A stretch of 64,000 nucleotides of DNA from Scenedesmus sp. PABB004 (GCA_014905635.1 JABVCE010000034.1:124001-188000); one strand, 5' to 3'; counted from the first letter of the stretch, positions 44,512 to 58,233 are shown. Made by a program: numbers and translations. Notes: generated by a model from the letters alone, not told the origin.

Positions 44512-45741
44512 GGTAAGTCCAACGCACGGTCGAGTTACCCGAGGCGGGCATGTGCCTGCCTTCTCGTCCGGTTGGCCGCCCGCTGGTTGGCCGCCCGCCA
44601 GCACGCCTAGGTTCGTTTGCAGGCAGGACAGCGATCCCTATCCCAAAGAACGCGGTGAAGACTGCAGCAGGGAGCAGCCTGGAGGGGCCGCCCGCCCGCG
44701 CAGCCAAGGGAAGGGCCATGAGAGAGGGGCGCGCTTGGTGCACAAGGCGTGCACGCCTGCGCACGTGCGCAGAACAAAAGAAGCCAGGCTCCAAAGCCAG
44801 GGCCGAGGCGGCAGGGAAGGCAGTGCCGCGAGCAAAAGGGCATTCAGGCTCGCGGCTCGTGGCACACACACACGACCGCCCGGTCGACCCCGCCAGCGCC
44901 ACACACCGCCCGCTTCATCCCTGAACCCTTTATTGCCCATCCCGACAACGCCGCCCCACCTGCCCAGCCGCAAACTGCTCACAGCCGTTTAGTCGCCTAG
45001 TCGTTTGAACGAGCGCGCGCGTCGCCGCCACATTGCCCGGCACCACGGCCTGCCGGCGACGCGCGCGCGCAGGGCCTCGCCCGCCTGCGAGCGTCTTATG
45101 ACCGGCCAACCAAACCAACTCCAGCGCCTCGGCGCCCCGGCAGCAGAGCACCTGCCCGCGGCGCGCAGCGCAGCGCCGGCCGCCGTCCGTCCCCGTCCCC
45201 GTCTGCACCCGTCCCAGTTGGCGTGCGACGCCCCACCCCGTTGGCACCCCCGGCGCCCCCCGGTTCAAACCAACAAAGGATCGGAACGTGCTGGGTTCGC
45301 ACTAAAAGCCGACTCCCCGGCCGCGCGCGCCGGCGCCGCTGAGCGACGCGCGCGGGCACGGAGCGCTGGCATGGCCAGAGTGAGGGCCGATTCTCAAGTC
45401 CCGCACCGTGTGGCGGCTCCCCAACCACAGGGAGCCGCCGTGGCGGTGCGCAGGGTCCAGTCTTGCAGACAGCACGCCGCGCCTGCGCCACAAAGTGGGC
45501 GCCGGCAAAAGTGCACGTGCGCAGGCAGGCCAGGGCCGCGCTTCATTGGCGAACGAGACACACCGAGAGCAGGTGAATGCATTGAGACCCGATCGACACC
45601 ACCACAACAGGGTGTGCGACGGTTTGTTATTTCCCTCTCCCCTTCACTTGACAGGCCATGCCGCACGTCGAGGCGCGGGGTGGGTCTGCAAGAGCCAAAG
45701 AACACTTCAGTCGCAGGTTGGGCCAGGCGGTTGGGCCTGGT

Positions 45742-48700
45742 TCAACACCCCCCGTAGGCGTCAAGGTGCTGCTGGAGGCGCTGCATGATGACCGGGAGGC
45801 AGGGGCGCTCGGCCGCGCTGCCCGCCCAGCACGCCTCGGCGAGCGCGCGGTACGCCGGCGGCGTGGAGGCGGGCAGCTGCGGGCGCAGGCCCTGGAAAAT
45901 GGCGCGCGCGAGCGCGGGGCCGGGCGCGGCGCCCTTGTAGGGCTTCTGGCCGGCGTAGAGCTCGTACATGAGCACGCCAAAGCTGAACACGTCCACCGCG
46001 GCGCCGACGCTGGAGCCAGTCTGGAAGCGCTCCGGCGCGAGGTGGGAGAGCGTGCCCGCGGTGTCGTTGTTGCGCACGGTGCCCTTGTCGCCGAGCAGCT
46101 TGCTCAGCCCAAAGTCGGCGAGCTTGGCCACAAAGCCGCAGCCGCGCCCGCTGGCGGTGTGGAGCAGCACGTTCTCGGCCTTGATGTCGCAGTGCACCAC
46201 GCCGCAGCTGTGCATGTAGGCCAGCGCGCCGGCGACGTCCAGCAGCACGGTGTAGAGCAGGCGCATGTTGATCTTGAGGCGCCCGTCCGGCAGCTGCTTG
46301 TGCAGCAGCTGCCCGTGCCGCACCGCCGTCCAGAGGTTGCCGCGGTCGCAGCGCTCCATGACGACAATGTTGTAGGTGTCGCGGCTCGCGTCGCCGAGGT
46401 CGGCGGGGCGCGCCTTGCGGAAGCAGATGTTGAGCGCGCCGCTGCTGGCGTGCCCGCTGCTGCCGCGGCTGCGGCGGCGCTCCTCAACCATGTCGGTGAG
46501 GCAGGCGTAGGTGTTCACGATGTTTGGGTGGCGCAGCGTGGACAGCGTGGCCATCTCCATCGCAGACTTGATGGGAATGCCCAGCTTGTCGTCGTGCGGC
46601 ACGCGCATGACCTGGCACGGCGGCGGCGCAGCGGCGCGGCGGCGTGAGCGGGAGGGGAGAGGGGGCTGGCGCTTGCTGGCGCGCAGGCAGGCAGGCAGGC
46701 AGGCGCGCAGGCAGGCAGGCGGGCAAGCGGGCGGGCGGGCGGGCGGGCGGGCGGGCGGGCGGGCGGGCGGGCGGGCAGCGCGCGGCGTGCCGCGACGCGC
46801 CGCGCGACGCCCCGCCTCACCTTGACGGCGGTGCGCGAGCCCTGCCAGCTGCCGGCGTACACGGTGGAGAAGCCGCCCTTGCCCAGCACGGTGTGCAGCT
46901 CCAGCTCCTGCACGTACTCGCTGGCGCACTCCTGCTGCTTGTCCTGCAGCTCCCACACCTCTTGCAGCACCGCGAGCTTGCTGCTGTGGGATGGCAGCGG
47001 AATGGAGGCAGAGGGCGTGGGCGGACCTGCAAGGTCGGAGCTTGCAAACGAGCACGTAGAGCCCTCAACCTGCGGGGGCACAAAGGGGGGGGGTGTCAGC
47101 AGGGCTGCTTTGGCGCGTGGGCAGGCGGCAAGCACGCGCGCGGTCAGCAAGCTCTGCACCCACCTGGCCGGCCAGCGCATCAAGCGTCGCGGGCAGCGCC
47201 ACCAGCTGCTGGTGCAGCATCGCCTGCAGCAGCGCCGCCTGCTCCACCACGACCGGGTTGCTGCCCAGGAAGGGGCCGGGCTTGTCCGAGGTCACGTACA
47301 GCCCACCCACAGCGGCGCCATCGGCGCCAAAGAGCGGCACCGCCGCGATGCTGCTGACCAGCTCGTCGCCCACGTCGACCATGTCCAGCGCCGCGGCCTC
47401 CTCGCCCTCCGCAGCCAGCGCCGCGCGCGCGTCGGCTACAAACACCTCGCGCTTGGCGCGCGCCGCGTCAGCCAGCAGCGTGCCGGCCGCCGCCACGCGC
47501 GTGATGCGCAGCTGGGGGCAGGCGCTGCTGCTGGGCAGGTCAAAGCTGCCGTACTCCCCAAACGTGTGCGGCTGCAGCGACGGCAGCTGCTGCTGCTGCT
47601 GCTGCTGCTCCGCGTCGCCGCTCGACTCGATGCTCGCCACCTCGCAGCCCTCCTCGCCGGCAGCGAGGCTGCGGCTGGCAAGGTGCAGCAGCAGCAGCTC
47701 GGCGCCGTCGGCGCTCAGCAGGCCCAGCCGCACGCCCAGCTGGCGGTGCGTGGTGGCCGCGAGCAGGTCGCCGCTGTGCTGCAGGAAGGCCGCCGCAAAC
47801 GTGGCGAAGCCGTCACTCGCTGCGTCCACCAGCGCCGCCGCCAGGCCGCTCAGGCCGGACAGCCAGGGGCTGGTGAGCAGCGGCACCAGTCCGGTGCACA
47901 CCATGCTGAGAAGCAGGGGCCAGCTGTCCTCCATGAACGCGCCCGGCTCGGGGCTGGCCAGCACCAGCACGCCCGCGGGCGCGTCCTGGCCGGCCACGAC
48001 GATGTGCGCTGCCAGGAAGGTGCGCAGGCCCGCCTCGCGGTGCAGCGCCACCCAGTCCTGCGCGTTGGGCGCAGCGAGCGCGGGTTGGCGGCGCGCCGAG
48101 GCGGGGGCGCCGCGCAGCCCGGCGCGCCCCGAGCGCCCCGAGCGCCGCGCAGCCGCGGCGCGCGCGCAGCCGCGGCGAGCCGCCGCGCGCGCTCCCCCCG
48201 ACGCCCTGCCCGCGTGCGCGCGCGCACACGCACCTGCGGCAGCGCCCGCGCGTCCGCCTCGCTGCGCACGGTGCGGTAGAGGAAGCTGCAGCCCAGCTGC
48301 ATGCACGCGAGGCTGGGCGCCCAGTGCGCGCCCGTCATCACGCGCTGCCGCTGCAGCGTCGCCGCGCCCGTGCCAGCGGCGCCGGCCAGCATGCACACGG
48401 CGGGGGTGCTGGCGGTGTGTGTGGAGATGCTGCGGGCGGCGAGGCGCCGCGGCGGGCACGTGAGCGCGCGCGCGCAGCGGCGCGCAGCGGCGGCGGCGGG
48501 TGACGCTGCCCCCGCTGGCCCTGTCGCGTGCCTCACCTGACGGTGGCGACGCCCTGCAGCTCCCGCAGCAGGATGCGCGCGGCCCGCTCCCCGGCCTTGT
48601 CGTCCGGTCCCGCGCACGCCGCGGCCAGCTGCGCGAGCACCGTCTTGACCTGTACGGCGGCGGGGCGACGCGCCGGGTGAGGGACGGCCGGCCGAGCGTG

Positions 48701-48930
48701 CCGCCAGCGCTCGCCGTGCGCGCCGCGCGCCGGGCGGGCGCTGCGTCCGATGGCATCGCGCGCACCTTCTCAATGAGCTCGCTGCCCTTCAGCTTGCCGG
48801 CGCTGTGCATGCGGCCGACGCTCTGGTGCTTGCGCGCGCTGAAGCTGTCGGAGCTGTATACGGGAGCAGCGGCGTCCTCCCATTCTGCGCACGCCTCCTG
48901 CGCCGCCGGCGACGACGCGCACGCCCCCAT
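45742..48930 (-). CDS. TKL/Raf-like protein kinase with N-terminal GAF-like sensor region and putative N-myristoylation/palmitoylation motif (copy A)
   Basis: MGACASS start; LGKGGFSTVYAG, TAVK, LRHPNIV, VHCDIKAENVLL, ADFGLS, GTLSHLAPE, DVFSFGVLMYEL; SIAAVPL...AVGGLYV is GAF-like. Confidence 0.88.
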
Positions 48931-49662
48931 GGCGGCCCAGAGGCTGCTGCGGCTTGCTAGAATACGTTGATGCGCTCAGCCGGCCCGCGGCGTTCGCTAC
49001 GAAGGCGGGCGGGGTGCCCGACGCTTTGCTCAGCTTGGCTGCTTCCGCGGCGCTTCGCGTGTGCTGCGCCTGTGGTCAGGTGCTCAGTCGATTGCGCGGT
49101 CTGGGGGCGATGGCCTCGAGCGCGGCGGGGCAGCGGCGGCGCGTCATGGCGGCACAAGGAGCTCCGGGCGAAGTCGGACATCGCCTCCAGGGCGACCCCC
49201 GCGGCGCCGTCGCGTTTTCCGGCGTGCAGCTCCATCCGCGCCGCTGGGGCGTCACGATCGAGCTTGCCGAGTCCAACACACCCGGCCGAACGGCCCCGTG
49301 GCAGCTGGGGGAGCGCCGGCGGCGTGGAGCAGACATTGACTGCCGGTGACCCGCGCCGCGCTCCCGGCGGTCGTGCGTTCCCGGCGGCATGGTAATCACG
49401 TGCCAGACCTCTAGGAGCCTTGCCAGGGCCAGCAGCGGCGGTGCGCCCGCGCGGCAGATTGAGGCTGGATTTAGGTAGCGTTCACGGCAGCCCCTGCTCC
49501 GCCCTTCTCCTGGACAGCTCCACAGAGCTGCCCACCGACCTCCGAGCGTGGCTGCAGGCCAAACGCACGGCCAGATCGCCCGCGCAGCGGAGCCACCGCG
49601 TCAAGCCTGCTCCGCCGTGCGGCCGGATCGCGCCAGAAGCTGGCCTTTGCGGCGGCAGCGGC

Positions 49663-51030
49663 ATGGCGCTCGCGCTGCTGAAGCGCCCGCTGCACCGCGC
49701 TGCCGGCGCTCCCGACGCTGGCTGGCTCGCGCGGCCGGCCTCGCGGCCGCGCCAGGAATCGCCAGGCGGCCTGAAAATGAGCCGGGGCGCATCGCTCACG
49801 GGCTGCGTGACCATCAAGGAGGTGCGGCGGCGCCCCGCGGACGGCCGCGCGGACGGCTCACGCCGCCGCGCGCCGCGCGCCGCGCGCCGCGCGCCGCGCG
49901 CCGCGCGCCGGCCGCCCGCTTGCGCGGCTGACCCGGGCTCCGCGGCCCCACAGGTCATGCACATCCTCAAGGCCCTCTCGGCCGTCCCGACGGGGCACGG
50001 CCACGCCGCCGCGCGCCAGGCTGCGGCCGACGCACTCCTCGGCGCGCTCGGCGGCGCCGCCACGCTGGTCGGGTGAGCGACGCGCCTTGCTGGGGCTAGC
50101 GGGCCGACGCCCGCGCACTCTCGGTGGTCCCCCCCTCCGCCGGCGCCGACGCAGCGCGGAGCGGCCGGTGGCGCGCGCCGCCACGCCTCACGGCCCGCCT
50201 GAGCGCCGCCGCCGCTGCCGCACACCGCCCCCCCCCCCGCAGCATCTACTCCGCCCCGCCCGACGCGGGCACCTGCATGCTGGCCGGCGCGGCCGGCGCC
50301 GGCGCGGAGGTGCTGCGGCGCAGGACCGTCGCGGCCGGCCAGGCGCACGCGGCGTGCCGCTGCTGCAGGCGCCACGCCAGCAGCTTCCTCTACCGCACCG
50401 TGCACAGCGAGGCGGACGCGCGGGCGCTGCCGCAGGTGTGTGTGCGCGCGCGCATGCGGGCAGGGCGTCAGAGGGAGCGCGCGCCGCGGCTGCGCGGCGC
50501 TCGGGGCGCTCGGGGCGCGCCGGGCTGCGCGGCGCCCCCGCCTCGGCGCGCCGCCAACCCGCGCTCGCTGCGCCCAACGCGCAGGACTGGGCGGCGCTGC
50601 ACCGCGAGGCGGGCCTGCGCACCTTCCTGGCAGCGCACATCGTCGTGGCCGGCCAGGACGCGCCCGCTGGCGTGCTGGTGCTGGCCAGCCCCGAGCCGGG
50701 CGCGTTCATGGAGGACAGCTGGCCCCTGCTGCTCAGCATGGTGTGCACCGGCCTGGTGCCGCTGCTCACCAGCCCCTGGCTGTCCGGCCTGAGCGGCCTG
50801 GCGGCGGCGCTGGTGGACGCAGCGAGCGACGGCTTCGCCACGTTTGCGGCGGCCTTCCTGCAGCACAGCGGCGACCTGCTCGCGGCCATCACGCACCGCC
50901 AGCTGGGCGTGCGGCTGGGCCTGCTGAGCGCCGACGGCGCCGAGCTGCTGCTGCTGCACCTTGCCAGCCGCAGCCTCGCTGCCGGCGAGGAGGGCTGCGA
51001 GGTGGCGAGCATCGAGTCGAGCGGCGACGC

Positions 51031-51062
<32 letters not shown>

Positions 51063-53062
51063 TGCCGTCGCTGCAGCCGCACACGTTTGGGGAGTACGGC
51101 AGCTTTGACCTGCCCAGCAGCAGCGCCTGCCCCCAGCTGCGCATCACGCGCGTGGCGGCGGCCGGCACGCTGCTGGCTGACGCGGCGCGCGCCAAGCGCG
51201 AGGTGTTTGTCGCCGACGCGTGCGCGGCGCTGGCTGCGGAGGGCGAGGAGGCCGCGGCGCTGGACATGGTCGACGTGGGCGACGAGCTGGTCAGCAGCAT
51301 CGCGGCGGTGCCGCTCTTTGGCGCCGATGGCGCCGCTGTGGGCGGGCTGTACGTGACCTCGGACAAGCCCGGCCCCTTCCTGGGCAGCAACCCGGTCGTG
51401 GTGGAGCAGGCGGCGCTGCTGCAGGCGATGCTGCACCAGCAGCTGGTGGCGCTGCCCGCGACGCTTGATGCGCTCCACATGCAGGTGCGCCGCGCCCGGC
51501 TGGTAGCTCGCCCAGCCAGCCAGTTGTGCCAACACGCCGCGCTCTGCTGCCCCCTCCCCCGCGCTTGCCAGGCCTGCGTGGTGCCTGAGGCTGACGAGTT
51601 GCTGTCCTCTTCCATGGCCAGCTGTGAGGGCGTGACCTCCAGCGCCACCAACCTCTCGCTGACCACCCACGGCAGCCACCGTCCAGCGGTTCTGCAGAAG
51701 GTGTGGGAGCTGCAGGACAAGCAGCAGGAGTGCGCCAGCGAGTACGTGCAGGAGCTGGAGCTGCACACCGTGCTGGGCAAGGGCGGCTTCTCCACCGTGT
51801 ACGCCGGCAGCTGGCAGGGCTCGCGCACCGCCGTCAAGGTGAGGCGGGGCGTCGCGCGGCGCGTCGCGGCACGCCGCGCGCCGCCCGCCCGCCGCCGCCC
51901 GCCGCCCGCCCGCCGCCCGCCCGCCCGCCGCCCGCCCGCCCGCCCGCCCGCCCGCCCGCCCCCGCCCGCCCGCCCGCCCCCGCCGCCCGCCCGCCGCCCG
52001 CCCGCCGCCCGCCCGCCCGCCCGCCCGCCGCCGCCCGCCCGCCCGCGCCGCCCGCCCGCCCGCCGCCGCCCGCCCGCCCGCGCGCCTGTCTGCCTGCCTG
52101 CGCGCCAGCAAGCGCCAGGCCTCATGCCCCCTCTCCCCTCCCGCTCACGCCGCCGCGCCGCTGCGCCGCCGCCGTGCCAGGTCATGCGCGTGCCGCACGA
52201 CGACAAGCTGGGCATTCCCATCAAGTCTGCGATGGAGATGGCCACGCTGTCCACGCTGCGCCACCCAAACATCGTGAACACCTACGCCTGCCTCACCGAC
52301 ATGGTTGAGGAGCGCCGCCGCAGCCGCGGCAGCAGCGGGCACGCCAGCAGCGGCGCGCTCAACATCTGCTTCCGCAAGGCGCGCCCCGCCGACCTCGGCG
52401 ACGCGAGCCGCGACACCTACAACATTGTCGTCATGGAGCGCTGCGACCGCGGCAACCTCTGGACGGCGGTGCGGCACGGGCAGCTGCTGCACAAGCAGCT
52501 GCCGGACGGGCGCCTCAAGATCAACATGCGCCTGCTCTACACCGTGCTGCTGGACGTCGCCGGCGCGCTGGCCTACATGCACAGCTGCGGCGTGGTGCAC
52601 TGCGACATCAAGGCCGAGAACGTGCTGCTCCACACCGCCAGCGGGCGCGGCTGCGGCTTTGTGGCCAAGCTCGCCGACTTTGGGCTGAGCAAGCTGCTCG
52701 GCGACAAGGGCACCGTGCGCAACAACGACACCGCGGGCACGCTCTCCCACCTCGCGCCGGAGCGCTTCCAGACTGGCTCCAGCGTCGGCGCCGCGGTGGA
52801 CGTGTTCAGCTTTGGCGTGCTCATGTACGAGCTCTACGCCGGCCAGAAGCCCTACAAGGGCGCCGCGCCCGGCCCCGCGCTCGCGCGCGCCATTTTCCAG
52901 GGCCTGCGCCCGCAGCTGCCCGCCTCCACGCCGCCGGCGTACCGCGCGCTCGCCGAGGCGTGCTGGGCGGGCAGCCCGTGCGCGCGGCCGAGCTTCACGG
53001 CGATCGTTCAGCACCTGCAGGTGGGCCGCAGCTGCAGCATCTCGCCGGACCTGCGGGCTTAG
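49663..53062 (+). CDS. TKL/Raf-like protein kinase, inverted paralog (copy B); start could be 49777, and the end may splice at 53021
   Basis: Same exon organisation and intact kinase motifs as copy A, with different N-terminal exons. Confidence 0.85.
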
Positions 53063-54856
53063 CCTGCGGCCAGCGACTGCCACCTGGCGCAGACGGCAAC
53101 TGCTCACCCGCACGGTCGCCGCTCCGCAGGACATAATGCGCCCCGCCAATGCGCACGGTCATGCCTGAGTCACGGCGCTATTCCGCCCATTTCTTGCCGC
53201 CTGGCTGCCCGGCCCTACCGCGCCGCCCGCCGCTGCCTTCCTTGTGCGCGCACCTCGGTGAAGAGCAACTGACCTCATGCGGGGCGCTGCCGCCGCCTCG
53301 CCTTCCAAACTTCCCAACTGCACCAACAACGAGCACTGCTTGGTTTCCCCAGCATCACCGCCGGGTGCCCCGCCCACTGCGCGGCTGGTGGCCCCACCCG
53401 CACTGGTTTTTCACGCGTCTCAGCCTTGGCGAGCGGGGCGCCGCACTGCATGCTGCGTCGTGTGCCAGGCGGCGGGGCTCATGCCGCATGCTGCACAGAG
53501 AACTGTTTGACTGAATCAAGCTGCCGGTGCAGCACCTGCTCGCAGGCTGCCAGTGGTCGTCGCCGGCGCGTGGCGCCGACGAAGCAGTGCTTGCACACTG
53601 ATGACGAACGTTGGCGCTGGGTGCAGGCGGTGCTGCCGCAGCGCCGCGCCGGCGCTATCGGGCTGCGGCAGTGCCGGTGCCGCTAAAAACTGCCTCTTGC
53701 GAACCCAACATCTCTTGCAGCGTGGTGCTGTGGTGCGCACGCGTGCAGCTGGAGGGCATGCGTGCCTCCCCGCACCTGCAGAGGCCGGCCTGCACGCAGA
53801 GCCTGCCGGTTCTGGGCCGCGGTCCGCGAGGAATGAAAGCGCGGCGCGTCGTGCGCTGGCGGCGCGGGGTGCCCCGCCCTGGCCCCGCCTGGCCGCGGTG
53901 CGGCTGTTGACTGTTTGCGCTGCTAGACTGAACAGGGTCAGGTTAGGTCTGATCAGTCATTCAGGTGGCTGTGAATGCTTTTGCGGCGCTCGCGGAGGGC
54001 GCAACGGACGCCATTGCGTGTGCGTCGTTGCTGTTCCAGCCTTGGCAGAATCCTTGGTGGTGCGGTTGCGCCGCGAACGACTGGGTGTAGGCCGGCTGGG
54101 CGCGCGCTTTGCTGCATGAGCTGAGCGCTGAGCGCGGGGCGGAGCGCGGCAAGTGTGGTTATTGTTACTGCAGCGGCACGCCACCGATCACGTGACGCAA
54201 AAGCAGCGGGCAGGTGAGCGCTGGCCGCCCGATCCTCTCCCGACAGCAGCTCGCGGCGTCTCTGCCGATGGGCAGGCCAGGCCAGGCCAGTCCTTGGTCA
54301 CCCCGTCCAAGGGCCAGCCTACAAAAACACACATGGAGGGCAGGGGCACTCCAGCGCGCGAGTGCGTGCGTGCGCGCGCAGCAGAAAGGTTCAGGTACGA
54401 CGTTCTCAGTGTGCATGCTCAGTGCTGCAGTTCATGCTCGTGCATAGGCAGCAAACGAACGCACGCGTCAAGTCACCAAGGGTGGATGTGGCCACAACAG
54501 GTTCAAATGCGCGCGGCACTGCCAGTGTGGTGAGTGCAAGGTGTTCTCGCCGCCCCGCCGGCGCCAACGCAGCAACCAGCACAGGTGCCAGGGCCCCCAT
54601 CTGGGCCGGCCAGCCACGGCAGGCCTTGCTTGATCGCGGCCGCAATCAGTGGCAGTGCCGCACGCGCACCCGTGCGGTTTGGCTGCCACTCCCCCCGCGC
54701 TGCAGTGCCCCCGCGCGCCGCGCCCCCGCGCGGCGCGCCGCCGCCGCCGCAGGGGTGTGTGGCCTCGGTGGCTGGGGTGGCGCGACGCGTTCGCCGGCCG
54801 CCTGCCGCCCCGCCCGCGCACGCGCGCGCGCGGTGGCCGCGGCGCGGCGCCGCGGC

Positions 54857-56737
54857 TCAGTTGAGTGTGATGTCCATGAAGTTCCCATCATACTCGTGCA
54901 TCGCGCACCACCCCGGCGCGGCGGGCGCGGCGTTGGATGGCCCCACGTGCGCGCCGTCGGTGAAGTTCACCTTGAGGCGCGCGAGCTCCATGTCCGCGAC
55001 CGTCGCGAGCGCGCCGCCGCAGAGCGTCGCGCGGTTGGCCTCAAACGTCACGTTGGGTCCGAGGATGAAGTCGCCGCGGATGCGAAAGCCCGGGATCAAC
55101 GGCTGTGCGGTCGCGGGGATCTCGAGGCAGACGCCGCCGCCATTGCGCGCGGTGTTGTTGGCCACCTCCACGCCCGTCAGGGACAGCAGGGGCGTGCCGT
55201 ACTGGTAGTGCGCGTGCAGCCCTGCGCCGCACTCGGTGCCGTTGCCGCCGTTGGCAAAGCCGGCCCAGCCGTTCTCCCAGAGGCGCAGGCCGGGGCCTAT
55301 GAAGCCGTGGATGTGGCCGAAGAGCAGCACGCCGTGCTGCACGTTGCGCCCGATCGACACCGCGCCCGACACGTTGGCCTGCAGCAGCTGCAGGTCGCCG
55401 GTGCACTCGACAAACAGCCCGATCTTGTTCTCCACCAGCCCGCTGCGGCCCAGCAGGTTGAGCGCGCTGAACTGCACCATGCTGCAGCCATAATACAGGC
55501 CGTAGTTGGAGTTGCGGCTGGCGCGTGCGGGCGCGGGCGGCGCCGGGCGTGAGGCGGGGACGGGGAGGGACGCGCGGCGGCGCGGGCGCGCCGCCGCGGG
55601 CGTGTGGCAGCGCTGCGCGCACGCGCGCCCTCGCGCGGGCACCTTGACTTCAGGTCTGTTGCCGAGAAGTTGCCGCCGCCCAGCACGCGCACGCCGTCGA
55701 CCAGCCAGGTCGCCGACACGCCAAACAGGTGGATCTCGGGGTCGCTGCGCGGCGGCGCGGCGGCGGCGCGCGGCGGCAGCGGCGCGCGTCGGCGGCGGCG
55801 CACGCAGCCACGCGCAGGCCCTGCCCGGCCCGCCGCCAGCTGGCAGCCAGCACCCGGGCGCGCGGCGGCGGCGGCGGCGGCGGCGGCAGTGTGGGCGGTG
55901 GCGCGCGCGCGCACCCGCCGGCGATGGTGTCGATTGTGATGCCCGCGTATGGCAGTGGCGCCTTGGGCGGCGCCTCGGCGCCGCCCTGCAACGGCGTGGC
56001 ACCCGTGCGCGCGCGCGCGGTGGCTGCCGCCGCGCCGGTGACCGACACGTTGGCCAGCAGTATGTGCTCCACGTCGAGCAGCTCCACCACCGTCGGCACG
56101 CCGCACGGCCGCCGCTCGCAGCTCGGCGTCGGCGCGTGCCCGCCCGGGGGCTCGCCGATGAGCATGAAGCGCACGCCGACGAGCGTGAAATTGTGGATGC
56201 CGCCGTCGCCGTGCACAAAGAGCGCCGGCAGCGCGGCGTTGACGGAGAGGTCGACGACGATCGTGTGGCCGCAGTCGCTGACCACGGTCACGCGCGGCTC
56301 GTGCGTCGCCGTCTCCCGCGCGTCGTGCGTGATGGACCACGCCGGCGCCGCGCCGCGGCGCCAGCTGGTGCCGGCGGGGCCGTCGCACGCGAGCCGGATG
56401 ACGGCGCGGTCGCCGCCGCCGCCGCACGCGGTGTAGTTGGCCGATATCGCCAGCAGCGCGCCGTAGTCGGCGGCCACGCAGTCGCTGTCTGAGACCGGCA
56501 CTGGAAAGAAGGGGGGCAGGGATTTGGTGAGGGTGGTCAGGCGGGCCGCGCGCGCGGCGGCACCCGCGGAGCGCGCGGAGCGCTGCCGCCGCTGCGGGCG
56601 CCGGTGCCGCAGGCGCCGCGGGCCGGCGGCGCACCTATTTGCTGCATCGCTGCGCACGGCGGCGCCAGTAGAGCCATCAGCAGCGCCAGTGTCGCCAGCG
56701 GCAGCCCGCCGCGCGCGCGCAGCCCGGCCCGAGCCAT
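54857..56737 (-). CDS. Secreted right-handed beta-helix (pectin-lyase-like / Pmp-repeat-like) glycoprotein, copy 1; 4 exons
   Basis: Signal peptide MARAGLRARGGLPLATLALLMALLAPPCAA; VEVANNTARNGGGVC and VTFEANRATLCGGAL (FxxN/GGA-type repeats); many NxS/T sequons. Confidence 0.7.
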
Positions 56738-58233
56738 GTTCCGCGCTTCTGCTGCCCGGGCGGGGCAGCCCGCGGCGCCCGGCGGGCGCCGAGCCGGGCG
56801 ATAGACGAGGGAGCGCTCGGGGCGTTCGTGGAGGGAGCTGGGCGCGCCGAGGGGCCGTCCGGGCACCGAGAGGCGTGCGTGTGGCCCGGCGAACGCTGCC
56901 CGGGTCGCTCCTGCGGGCCGGCTGCGAGCAGGCCGCCGCGAGGAACGCAGGCGCAGCTGAATGGGCGAGCTGGGGCGCCGCGGCCGGGCCCGGGGGGGAC
57001 GGGCCGGGACAAAAACTTCCGAGGCGGCTGTTCAGGTCGCCCGCGCCGCTGGCCGGACGCCACGCGCGGTCCCCGCCGCGCCTAAAAAAAGGCCGGCCTG
57101 CACGCAGAGCCTGGCGGTTCCGGGCCGCGGTCCGCGAGGAATGAAAGCGCGGCGCGTCGTGCGCTGGCGGCGCGGGGTGCCCCGCCCTGGCCCCGCCTGG
57201 CCGCGGTGCGGCTGTTGACTGTTTGCGCTGCTGGACTGAACAGGGTCAGGTTAGGTCTGATCAGTCATTCAGGTGGCTGTGAATGCTTTTGCGGCGCTCA
57301 CGGAGGGCGCAACGGACGCCATTGCGTGTGCGTCGTTGCTGTTCCAGCCTTGGCAGAATCCTTGGTGGTGCGGTTGCGCCGCGAACGACTGGGTGTAGGC
57401 CGGCTGGGCGCGCGCTTTGCTGCATGAGCTGAGCGCTGAGCGCGGGGCGGAGCGCGGCAAAGTGTGGTTATTGTTACTGCAGCGGCACGCCACCGATCAC
57501 GCGACGCAAAAGCAGCAGGTGAGCGCTGGCCGCCCGATCCTCTCCCGACAGCAGCTCGCGGCGTCTCTGCCGATGGGCTGGCCAGGTCAGTCAGTCTTGG
57601 GTCACCCCGTCCAAGGGCCAGCCCCGCCCAACGCACGCAGATGGAGGGCAGGGACGCTCCAGCGTGCGAGTGCGTGCGCTCGCAGGGTTGAGATACGACG
57701 TTCTCAGTGTGCATGCTCAGTGCTGCAGCTGCCGGTTGTGCCCTGCGGTGCCGCAGGTTTATGCACGAGCAAAGGCAGCAAATCAACGCGAGTCCCGCAC
57801 GCGTCAAGTCACCAAGGGTGGATGTGGCCACAACAGGTTCAAATGCGCGCGGCACTGCCAGTGTGGTGAGTGCAAGGTGTTCTCGCCGCCCCGCCGGCGC
57901 CAACGCAGCAACCAGCACAGGTGCCAGGGCCCCCATCTGGGCCGGCCAGCCACGGCAGGCCTTGCTTGATCGCGGCCGCAATCAGTGGCAGTGCCGCACG
58001 CGCACCCGCGCGGTTTGGCTGCCACGCCCACGCGCGCCGCGCCCACCCGCGCGGTTTGGCTGCCACTCCCCCCGCGCTGCAGTGCCCCCGCGCGCCGCGC
58101 CCCCGCGCGGCGCGCCGCCGCCGCCGCAGGGGTGTGTGGCCTCGGTGGCTGGGGTGGCGCGACGCGTTCGCCGGCCGCCTGCCGCCCCGCCCGCGCACGC
58201 GCGCGCGCGGTGGCCGCGGCGCGGCGCCGCGGC

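Noticed and set aside
51880..52082. Long Pro/Arg insertion in kinase copy B
   Set aside because: Intronic (CCCG/CCG)n expansion between TAVK and VMRV; copy A has a shorter version of the same intron.
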